Below are positions 53,501-64,000 of a stretch of 64,000 nt of DNA, piece after piece. Source of the DNA: Yuukianura sp. NJ FZ-2021 (Eukaryota); NCBI GenBank assembly GCA_046563655.1, contig CM102284.1:5828001-5892000 (forward strand). Reading direction: 5' to 3'. Position 1 is the stretch's first letter, and the number at the start of each line of letters is the position of its first letter. The notes below the pieces were generated by a model that did not search any database, was not told where the DNA came from, and saw nothing but the letters and a program-made list of their open reading frames with translations. The position numbers were made by a program, and so were the translations under genes.

Positions 53501-56500
53501 AACAAGTAGGAAATAACAGTAAAGGATAGGAAGCTGGGGGTTCCATTTCATTCAACACAGACTTTCTCTCGCCTTGGTCCAAATCTTCCAGACTCCTTAC
53601 CATAAGTGGGCATTCTCGCCCTACATCTCCGCAGTATCCTAATATTTACAAAGTAGGTACAATAGACTAGCCGTTTGTTAGAGTTAGGACAGTAATGCAC
53701 GGAAACAATGGACATGCCAGTGGACGGAAACAAATTAACGGAATGTATTACTTGTCAGGGCATGTCCATCGAGTTATACGTTCACAAATATTCGTGTACT
53801 TATTTGTGCCGACATGCCCGTCCATTGATGTATAAACGTTGGCATGTTCGTCTATTATTCATTTCTACTTTTGCAACTCCGTCCATTCGTTTCCGTCCGA
53901 TACTCTTCAGTCATGTGAGATTTCTTTCAACTAGTTACCTAGATTTAACTGGCTTTTCTGTCGAAAGCTAATTTTTTAAAATTCAAAAATTTTGAATCTG
54001 ACCTTCATATTGAAGTTCTTGAGATCGCTTGTTGAAGTTAGTTTTAGATGTAGGATCTTAAGGGAAGTTTGCCCAAGCATGCTCCAATTGGCTCCATTGC
54101 ATTTTTTGGCAAACAGTGAGACTTTTCACCACCATTGAGTGCTCCAACCTTGTCCGACTTTCTCCTCTCTTTTTTGTGTCACTTTTCGTCTTGTTCTATT
54201 TTCTTAAAGTGGTTTAACTCCAGTAACAACAGGACATCACAGTAGGATCGTTTTTCCTGAAAATTGGCAAAGATACGAAACATTAAAGATCAGAAGATGA
54301 AGGTCAAGTTCATTCCAGAGAAGCAGCCACTACAGTAAACCCAATTCCCAATATCATTTCCATAGTTAGCTATCTGTCTCCGTTCAAAGTCAGGACGTCC
54401 ACTTGACGTCCCATGTCCATGTCACCATGTCGCCGTGATGGACTTGACACTTCACTTGTGTACATAACATATTTACATGAGGAGAAAGTTGGAAAGTGAA
54501 AGTAGTGGCGTCATTTGCTCTAACGTACACCGATGACTAAAACGAGTGTATCTTGATTTTCATTCATTGGCACTAACGTCAGCAAGAGTACACTCCCCTC
54601 ATTAGACTTTGATTGTCATTATAGGAAAAGCTTAGAAAACAGAAAGTGTGTGGGTATGATTATGTTAGTTTTAGGTTAGGTTGTCAATTGAAATGACAGC
54701 TTAACTTTCACTGACAAAACCAACAAAACGTTGTCGGTTATGCTGAAACTACAGGCAGGCGTGTCGAACGGAATTTCTATGCAGATCACACCACCGTAGC
54801 GTAGTCGGCTCAAATTTCACCCACGACAGTATTAAATTATGTTTTAGTGGTAGGATTTCATTCATTTTGAAATTAGTCTTCTCAAATCTTTCCTATTTTT
54901 TAGTGTTAAGCAATAAATCTTGACGATCCAATTCCATTAATTCTCTAAAAAAAAAAAGAAAAAGTTTCACATTTCACTTTCACTAACTCCCCAAAATAAC
55001 TTTCTCTTCTTTCAATTCCCGCAACAGGAGAAGAAATGAATGAAAGTTAACTTTTGAATTTTTTTTTTCAAATTTTGAAACCCAAAATCTGCATATCAAA
55101 GCTTCGGCTCTGTTTTTGGTAACGGAACTAGCTTACTAATAGGATTTTAGGAATCCGGAGAAGCTTTCTCCTTTCACTATGACATCAATCCTATTAAAAG
55201 CGAAAGTTTAGTGTGCGGCTGATATTAAACTGGATGTTACTACTAAACTAAAACAGTTCAGTCAACTTTTGAAACTAATACCTTTTATGGCCCAAAATAG
55301 GCTTCAAAGCGTTCCTAAAGTCTTTGAGGGATTACGGATTTCAATTTTTCAGAAGTTTAGCTTAAATGGAAGCGGAAACAATTTTCGTTGGAAAAACAAA
55401 ACGTTTCTGGCAATTCCAAAATTGGATGTGAACTTAACGATGCACAGTGGGGCAGATTCAAAAATAACACGCCACGGTTGTTAGGGGAAACGTTGAGTTA
55501 ATTTTTGCAATTACGTTAAAAATGAATCCACAAATCAGGATTTACTAAAATCGAAATCTCCGAAATTCTCTGGAACGCACAGGTAATCTGGATATTGGAA
55601 TAAAAACTAGACACCATGACGTACCAAGTCCGACCACCACTTGGCACCACTATGCCATTTTACTATTTTTAACCGATTTTTGAATTTGGGCTAAACTTAT
55701 GTCTATGAGGGGTAACCTAGGTCACCACGCATTAAAATTGAAAGCGCGCAATGTTTACAGTTGCTATGTCGACAATTTAGCAACTGTTTGGCCTCCATAA
55801 TTGTGTATTTTGCAAAAATGCCAAAGGCAGGTTGGAGCAAAATTAATTTGTTTCCCCCGAAACACTTGTCGTTGTTTATATGAATCGACCCCACTGTGCG
55901 ATGATGACGACAGTTAGCTTCAATTGAAGACATATGGTTTGAGCCAAAATTAGGTCAAGTGAGGCTACAGCATAAAGTGACGTGACGTGTAGCACTGTGG
56001 TCTTGACATTAATGTTTCGTGTTGTAACGTCATTCTACAACGCAGTTTACCGTTAAAGTCAATTACGGTTAACGTTATTCCGTTAAATTATGTTTATCGA
56101 TTCGGTTGAATCGGGATCTGAACGAATAGAAATGCTCTTACTTCTACTATCGACGAGTCAAATGTTGTTGCCAAGCGACGGAATTTTGAAGTTGTACAGC
56201 GCATTGCATAATGAGTTTTCTTCCAGGAGTGAATTAAATGAACTCCAGCATCCTAAAAATCATAACAAAATAGTTTATAAAGTATCACAATTTGAACTTT
56301 TTTGAAAATAATTGAAAATGTTTTGATTACTTTCTCTTTACTAGGTTGATGGAGAAAATGAAGCGAGGAAGTGGGGTTGTAACTTCATAGAAACTTCTGC
56401 AAAGACTAATCACAACGTGAAGGAATTGTTCCAAGAGTTGCTCACACTCGAGAAGAATCGAAATATGAGTCTTCAGTTGGATACGAAGGGGTCATCTCAT

Positions 56501-56554
56501 GGGTCATCCAAAGTATCTACAAATAAAGTCAAAGAAAAATGCTCCTTAGTCTGA
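50592..56554 (+). CDS. DIRAS: Di-Ras small GTPase
   Basis: Exons 50592-50729, 50996-51103, 51226-51324, 51419-51487, 56345-56554. [46 protein letters not shown] (Di-Ras signature), NKCD, ETSAK, CAAX box CSLV. Confidence 0.95.
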
Positions 56555-58367
56555 AACAGAAAAAATTTCATCCGAAATTTTTCGCAACTCCTTCAAAATT
56601 TCATCAAAAACGAATTTTTTTTTGGATGAAAATGACCCCGGAGAAAGTCAGGAAATGAAAAGTGGAGCATAGCAAAAGTGCAAACTGTCTTCTAAGAAAT
56701 AACCTTCTTAAGATTAGACTTAGCTTTTACTATAAAAGTATACTTGCAAGGGAAAGCGAAAAGAAAAACTTTTACTTTTTTCAAAAAAAAAGTTTCAATT
56801 CTTAAAAAAACTTTTCAAACTTCACTTGTTAATTAACTTTTTTTGAAACTAGTTTTTCTCAAGGTCGCAAAAATTCCCGGAATATCATCTCATCTCTCGC
56901 ATTTCGCTGTATCTTGCATCTCAATTAGCAACTTCAAAAATATCATAAAAAACCTGGTTGTAAAAAGCTGTACCTCTTGTCAAAATTTTGACATTTTTCA
57001 GTAGAATCGGCTGAAATGCTTTTCTAAGAATCCTTTTTTCAAACTAACGGTAGAGTTGAATTTCGAAGAAAAGAATCAAGAAGTACCGGAAATTTGGAAA
57101 AAACGAAATGTAAAAACGGATTTGATTAAAAACAGTGCTTTTGAAAACGAAAAGAGAATTTTTAGACAAATTTGAAAAATCAAGAACGAGTATACCTGAA
57201 TTGTCGAACATTTCAAAATGGAAAGAAAAAAAATCAGCAAGAACGTGTTTTACCTGTGCGCTCATCATCATTTTAACGCTAATTGCAACTAAATTTAATT
57301 AAAAGGTTAGGAAAAAAACAGAGTTTTGAAAACTCTTTTTGAAAAGCTAGAAAGCGTGATTTCCAACTCAATGTAAATATCAACTAAAAATTAAAATGTA
57401 CCTCTAGGTGCTGACCGTTGAGAAGGTCAAAGGTCAAAGCTAAAAAAAAATTAAAATGTAGCCGTCCCCTTCCCCAGACTTCAAAAGTACTAATTAACAT
57501 TACCATTTTGACCAGTTGTGTTAATTAATTTACTAATTACAGTAAATTATTTAGAAAAAACTCATTTCATAGGTAACTAAAATTGCTGTACCAGAAAATA
57601 TGTAAAATATCCGATGCATCGTTAGATTTATACGAAACGTAAAATTCGAATTTGTAAAAACTTTAACTCCGAACACAAAAATCACCCATTCTCAAAACCT
57701 TTTAAATATAGTAAATTTTTTCAAAAAATCGAATGGCGTGACACGACGTAAAATTAAGATTTGCGTACCACTGTAAAGCATTAAAAGGGAACTAAAAATT
57801 TGTACAATTCAAAAAAATTGTCGAAATGTTAATTGCAATTAGTTTTCCAAAAGTGTAACACTTGACTTGACTCATAAGCAAATTCAAAATTGATTAATTT
57901 GAAGGTGCTACTGTAATTCATAATTGTTTTTTCTAAACTTATTAAGCTTGTCCGCTATAACCTAGCTAAAAACTTAAAATTTTTAGGATAAGTTTAAGAA
58001 AATTGTAACTGCACTGTCGCAGATTTCATTTTCAAATGAAAGAAGAGATCTGCTTTAGAAAAAAACGTGGCTAATTGTAAGATTTTTAGACTAATTCCTG
58101 TAATTATCGAAATTGTAATCTCTCGTCGGACTTTTTAGACAAAACTTCAAATCCATTAATATGTCACGAATGAATATGAATCGAATCGTTTCAATGCAAT
58201 AAATTTTATTCCTAAAACTTTACACTGTTTTAGAAAATAATATCTATGCTATGTTTTTATGGTGAAAAACATATTGCATAACATAGATAGATAAAATAAC
58301 CTAATATAGATCAAATCTATACAGATTCGTTTTCTTAAACAGAAAAGTTTGAGCAACAAAACTTAAT

Positions 58368-60205
58368 TTACGGTCTAGGCGTATCAGCAAGGTCAAATTG
58401 CTGAAAGTAATTTGACGCTAAGCATATAAATAGATTCATAGTATTTATAAATTGTTTAAAACGAATATTTTCCTCACTTTCTTCGCCTTTTGCAGTCGAT
58501 GTAGCCGTAAATGACGAATCTCCAGTTCCAGAATCCCGAGTGACTGTGGACGGTTCGGTATCGGTAATCTTGGCATTGACGTCAGTGTTACCGTTCGGTT
58601 CGGAGTTTGGAGTAGCATCATCACTTTTGTGAATTTCATCCTCGACCTTTGACACAGAAGCAGCCAATTTACATTCACAAACTCGTTTCCTCAGAGCGCA
58701 GCAGATCCTGACCAATTTCCGAATGTTGGCGACAACATCACATGAAAGAGGTCGAACAAGACAGCCCAGGAGGGCATAGATCCATTTCCCTTGAAATTCG
58801 TGAAACCAACCGTACTTGTTGAGCCACAAGACATGCATTGCCAGTAAGTCCTCCACGTCTGGAATGGATAAGTTTAAAAGAATGCTCATCAGCGGTGCTT
58901 GCTTTTCACAAAATAGCGGTTCTTCTTCCACTTCAACTTCTGTGTCACTGCTGGCGGAAGATGATTTGTCTTCGACGCCATTGGTGGTTTGAAGATCTTG
59001 AGTGATATTTTGTTCGTTATTGGCGGATGGTGCTACTGCCTCGTCGCTTTTACCGTCCTCTTCGGAAGAAATAACAAGAGTCTTCATAGAATCTTCTGCA
59101 GCAGCAATTTTCTCGGCAGTTGTAAGTACATGTTGGTTCATTGGCACAATAACTTCATCGGAGAAGAATGTCAAAATAACGTGGGCATCCGCTGATGATA
59201 CGGCCTTTCTTTGACGAGGATTAGATTTCAATTGGTTATATAAGTTTGTTCCAAAGCAGTAGAGCAAACATTTATCTTCATCGAGGTCACCTGGTGGCTA
59301 AAGGTTAGAAAAACAACTCAGAAATTTAGTCAAACTTTGCAAAATTATATGACAAATCATTTTATTAACCATTAGAACTCCTTCCGATAGGGTAATTGCT
59401 GATCCCTGTTCCTCCATCATTCCACGCCAGTGTTCCACCTTCATCGATAAATTGGAGAATTGATGGGTAATTATTGACAGCCACGACTGCGTTGGTAAGA
59501 ATTCCTGGAGAGTTGTAGGCATATCCACGCACTTTGGCACCTAAAATAGCAAAAGGAAACAAAACATCAAAACCTCAAGTGACGTTCTTAGCAAAAGGAA
59601 TAGGTTAACGTCACTCTCAAGTTGTCTTACTTTTGTGACCTTGAACGGCTTTCCGTCATCCACTGGCTTCGTCGCGTCAAAATCTTCTACGAGAGCTTTC
59701 GGTGCATTAACGACTTTCGGTATCTGTTTCCTTTCATGCATGACTTTGAGGAGAAACTGTGAGCCATTTTCTGGAAGAGCCGTTACGTCATATCCCTTTA
59801 CTTCCTTCTCGATTAGCGGAAGAGCCGCTTTCAAGAGACCTTCGTTCTCTGGATCTGACGAATCTGAAGACGATTCAACTTCCTCTTCTTCCGTAGACTC
59901 ACCCTCAGCGTCAGCGTCAGGAACTGCTTCGACCGATTCTTCCTCCACTTCGGATGAAAAGAGATCATCGTAACAGATAAGCTCCCTCCTTTCGACAACC
60001 TTAGGAACCTGTATGCAGTAAACAATAAGTAATCTAAGGAAGTGGCGTATGCGATTTCAGCTTTCCTTAACCTTGACCTTACATTATGCAAACGTTAGGC
60101 TAAAAAGAGAGTTAAGTTACGTGAAACACTTACTTCGGCTCGCAGTGCTTGCACTTCAGCAACGATAAATGGTTCATCTCTGTCCACTGCTTCCTCCATT
60201 TGCAT
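58368..60205 (-). CDS. GEMIN2: Gem-associated protein 2 (SMN complex)
   Basis: PENGSQFLLKVMHERKQIPKVV, LPTQSW, PLMSIL, QGKWIYALLGCLVRPL...IRKLVRIC..LR, MNLFICLASNYFQQFDLAD; exons ~60205-60134, 60008-59630, 59540-59369, 59297-58368. Confidence 0.85.
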
Positions 60206-60425
60206 CTGACAATGACTGATTACTAGTTAATTAGTAACAAACAGCAGTTAAGAATAGACAAGAAGAAGAAATTAAGAATAAGATTAAGGACTGAATTACA
60301 AACTTCAAAACAACACAAAACGAGGGAGCGGTTGAAGGAAAAACAATCCTACACAAATGTAACAACAATGTTACAGCACCCCCATTCCTTTTGCAACTAA
60401 CGGAAGCGATTACTACAGAGGCATA

Positions 60426-61949
60426 TGAGGGGAGATCGACTGCTTTTCAATACGATTTGCTGCAGGATTTTTTTAAAAAACACAAGCAAAAATTCCTTGC
60501 AGAAAATAGGGACGAACTTTTTCTGCAAGCTTTTTTCTTGCAGAGAACGGAGGCGTTGTTATAAGAAGTTTGCGCAAAATCGAGCCGTTGTTATAAGAAA
60601 CATGCGGAAAATCCAGATGTTGTTATAAAAAGCTTGCGGAAAATCGATGCGTTGTTATAAAAAGATTGCGGAAAATCGAGACGTTGTTATAAGAAACATG
60701 CGAAAAATTTGAGAAATTGGAATTTTGAAAAATTCAGCTGAAATTCAAGTTTTGGATGTATTTGCCTTGCCGAGGATTCACGCGTACTCTACCGTATTGA
60801 AATGTTGGTCTCGTCAAAAATTGACCTGTTCTCTAACTTTTTGACGTGTCCAAATTTTTAAAAATTCACTTGTACACTTACTTTTTGAGAAATTGGAATT
60901 TTGAAAAATTCAGCTGAAATTCAACTTTTGGATATATTTGCCTTGCCGAGGATTCACGCGTACTCTACCGTATTGAAATGTTGGTCTCGTCAAAAATTGA
61001 CCTGTTCTCTAACTTTTTGACGTGTCCAAATTTTTAAAAATTCACTTGTACACTTACTTTTTGAGAAATTGGAATTTTGAAAAATTCAGCTGAAATTCAA
61101 CTTTTGGATATATTTGCCTTGCCGAGGATTCACGCGTACTCTACCGTATTGAAATGTTGGTCTCGTCAAAAATTGACCTGTTCTCTAACTTTTTGACGTG
61201 TCCAAATTTTTAAAAATTCACTTGTACACTTACTTTTTGAGAAATTGGAATTTTGAAAAATTCAGCTGAAATTCAACTTTTGGATATATTTCCCTTGCCG
61301 AGGATTCACGCGTACTCTACCGTATTGAAATGTTGGTCTCGTCAAAAATTGACCTGTTCTCTAACTTTTTGACGTGTCCAAATTTTTAAAAATTCACTTG
61401 TACACTTACTTTTTGAGAAATTGGAATTTTGAAAAATTCAGCTGAAATTCAACTTTTGGATATATTTGCCTTGCCGAGGATTCACGCGTACTCTACCGTA
61501 TTGAAATGTTGGTCTCGTCAAAAATTGACCTGTTCTCTAACTTTTTGACGTGACAGAATTTTAAAAAATTCACTTGTACAATTACTTTTTGAGCAATTGG
61601 AATTTTGAAAAATTCAGCTGTCGTAAAACCTTAAAAGTGAATTATAATTTATAACAACGTCTCGATTCGCCGCAAGTTTCCTATAACAGCGGCTCGATTC
61701 TTCGCAAGCTTTTTATAACCTCGGCTCGATTCTCCGCAAGCTTCTTATAATAGCGCTTCGATTCTTCGCAAGCTTTTTATAACAGTTCCTCGATTTTCCG
61801 CAAGCTTCTTATAACAACGTCTTGATTTCTGCAAGAAAAAAACTTGCAGAAAATGTTCGTTTTGATTTTCTGCAAGGAAATTTAATTGTTTTTTTTTTTA
61901 AAAAAAAGCTTGCAGCAAATCGCGTTGAAAAGCAGTCGATCTCCCCTCA
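60426..61949. mobile_element. Non-autonomous foldback-like TIR element with internal tandem array
   Basis: Ends TGAGGGG(G)AGATCGACTGCTTTTCAA inverted at both termini, TA on both sides; ~290-bp imperfect TIRs containing 5-6 copies of a 32-bp subrepeat. Confidence 0.88.
60711..61620. repeat. 176-bp tandem array, ~5.2 copies
   Basis: Unit start GAGAAATTGGAATTTTGAAAAATTCAGCTG at 60711, 60887, 61063, 61239, 61415, 61591; units nearly identical. Confidence 0.95.
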
Positions 61950-62089
61950 TAGTGGCAAGGCAAGCAACGGGCAGTGACAAAAATGTCATTTTGTTGTGCC
62001 ATCCTCTTCAATGTTGTAGCCACCCGGTGATGAGATGACCAAACGATTATACTGAAGCCGATGAAAGATGCCTGCTATTTTTAGAAGCT

Positions 62090-62410
62090 GAATAATGATT
62101 ATCAATACGTATTATTAATAAGTGTTAATAATTATTATCAATAACTATTAATAATGATATTATTAATTATTATCAACAGGAATTAATAACTGTATTATTA
62201 ATTATTATCAATGAGTATTTATAACAGTATTATAAATCATTATCAATACGTATTAATAATGGTATTATTAATTAGTATTACCGATAAATATTAATAATAC
62301 TATTACTACTTATTATCCATAAGTATTAATAATGGTATTAATAACTAGTATTATTAATTATTATCAATTAATAATAATAGTGATTTATTAAAGTATTAAC
62401 AATAGAATTA
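62090..62410. repeat. AT-rich degenerate minisatellite / low-complexity tract
   Basis: Recurrent TATTAATTATTATCAA-like words, very little G/C. Confidence 0.7.
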
Positions 62411-62761
62411 CCTAATTCCTTGTATCACTTGCATCGTACAAAAAAGGTGCGGTTACAACTGGTGCAATGTGTCCTTACTCCAATGGAGTCATAACACAAT
62501 TACACAAAGGCTACATAAAAACTGAATTACGTAAAAAAAATACTGTTTTCGAAAAATTTGAAACTTGAATTCCCGCTGCTAACGTTAGAACAAACCTCCG
62601 ATATACACAGACGTTTATTATTCGGAAAATTGTCGAGTAATACGTATTAACTGAGTAGCAATAATTAAGATAATATACTAACCTCACTTCAGTGCATAAT
62701 ACCCATAACAAATTAGTATAAATTAGTATTAGTATATAATTACTACCTTATGGTAAATAAC

Positions 62762-62916
62762 ATTTCTCCTTGTTGAAATCTAGCTAAGTCTCAGGAATAC
62801 CTAAAAATTTCTTCTTCATAAAATCTAGCTAAGTCTCAGGAATACCTAAAATTTCTCCTTGAAGAAATCTAGCTAAGTCTCAGGAATATCTAAAAATTTC
62901 CTCTTGATGAAATCTA
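62762..62916. repeat. ~45-bp tandem repeat, ~3.3 copies
   Basis: AAATCTAGCTAAGTCTCAGGAATA at 62776, 62821 and 62865. Confidence 0.88.
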
Positions 62917-63509
62917 TAATAATTAAATCTGTATTGAGAAATAATTATTTCACTTAATTGATTATGATTATCCTTGCGTACCGTGGCAGAATATTTGTAG
63001 CGGGCACAGACTGTAGTAATTTGAAATTCCCTCTTATTCCTAAGAACAATGCAGCTTGTCATATCTTCTGCTTACACTTTATATTAAGCAACAGAGGAGA
63101 AATTTGTAAAGTAGTTCAACAGACAAGGTTGACGTAAGGATGGACATGTAAAAGCTGCCTCCCAGCGAAGCCACTTCTGCTGTAGCCATGTTTTATGGCT
63201 ACACTTCAATATCAACTTATGTTGCCACTTTAATATAACGGTAACGGAGAAGGTGGCAATATAAGTTACCACAGCGTTGCCGTCTATCGTAGCCGCAGAG
63301 TGAATAAGCTGCGAGATAACTGGGTTGGTCGTTACACCTTAGCGCAACCACAAAAAAGTAAAGTAAAACATACGGCATGGCATTTTATTTCAGCGAGAAA
63401 TACCGGACTTGGATTTTTGGACTCCTCTACTGCTTGGTTTGAATTTAACTTTATATTGTTCAATTAACCAAGGGATTAATCGTTTTAATTAAGGTAAGTC
63501 AGCTAATTA

Positions 63510-63633
63510 TGTACCCTATAAGGTACGCTGCTTGAAGGAGTCCATTGTATTTCGGATACGGGAAGGGGAAATCGGTTGAAGTACCCATTTCGTTTGAGGT
63601 TTGCCGTGTGTACCTTCGATTTTTTACACATGG
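63510..63633 (+). ncRNA. Possible H/ACA-like snoRNA in the RpL32 leader intron
   Basis: Hairpin 63568-63623 (GAAATCG..GAAGTAC / GTACCTTC..CGATTTT) followed by ACA; host is a ribosomal protein gene; no clean H box seen. Confidence 0.3.
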
Positions 63634-63774
63634 TTTCGTTCCATCGGGATCGAGGGATACTGATGAAGATGAATGCTGGAGTTCTCTTCCTTTAGTTGTT
63701 TCAAATCTTGGTGTTTAGTTTATCTATTAATTCTGAAAAAATCACATTGGTTTTTTTTTTACTTTCCAGGAAAA

Positions 63775-63867
63775 ATGGCAATCCGACCCGCACAGAAACC
63801 CCGCATCGTAAAGAAGCGGACGAACAAGTTTATTCGCCATCAAAGCGATCGTTATGTGAAGGTCAAG
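63775..63867 (+). CDS. RpL32: 60S ribosomal protein L32 (eL32), first coding exon; gene continues beyond window
   Basis: [31 protein letters not shown] then GTGAGT donor; leader intron 63494-63769. Confidence 0.95.
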
Positions 63868-64000
63868 GTGAGTGGATACTGGATCACTGATGCGTGCTAT
63901 TTGCTAGTATTACACTTTAGAGATGAACAAGAACACGGATACCTTCGTTGACGGATGACGGACCAGTAGTGGGCAGTCAAACGAATTCAATTATTGTTTG

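Noticed and set aside
60711-61620. Array as CRISPR
   Set aside because: Eukaryotic context; whole units repeat with no unique spacers; no cas genes.
63661-63736. C/D snoRNA (TGATGA...CTGA) in the RpL32 intron
   Set aside because: No terminal stem, no rRNA guide recognised, and the D box is only ~33 nt from the acceptor.
1-64000. Selenoprotein, SECIS or tRNA-Sec near PSTK
   Set aside because: No in-frame TGA needed in any gene model, and no convincing SECIS or tRNA fold seen by eye; SECISearch and tRNAscan-SE would be needed to exclude them.

Overview
Eukaryotic, AT-rich, gene-dense DNA with many short GT-AG introns; the gene content (CBM14 peritrophin, UpSET-like, Tret1-like) fits an arthropod-like invertebrate, species not determinable. 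Manual splicing supports 17 protein genes: Tret1-like sugar transporter (5'-truncated), two CRAL-TRIO/SEC14-like genes flanking a gluconokinase, COQ9, GET3/ASNA1, a MARCH1/8-type RING-CH ligase, a two-domain chitin-binding protein, GCAT, PSTK, a small Tim (Tim9b/TIMM10B-like), UpSET/KMT2E, MANBAL-like, FAM120, Di-Ras, Gemin2 and the start of RpL32. Non-coding DNA holds two TA-flanked TIR elements (one carrying a 176-bp tandem array), a ~1.3-kb dispersed repeat that flanks the chitin-binding gene on both sides, and small tandem duplications. Best leads: (1) small Tim and an intronless PSTK only 49 nt apart behind one spliced leader, a probable shared (dicistronic or alternatively spliced) transcription unit; (2) five perfect nuclear-receptor DR1 sites; (3) a foldback-like element with a satellite-like array; (4) a Blimp-1/IRF-type motif cluster around Di-Ras; (5) a possible intronic snoRNA in RpL32. 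Gene spans are first to last coding base; exon boundaries were read by eye and may be off by a few nt.
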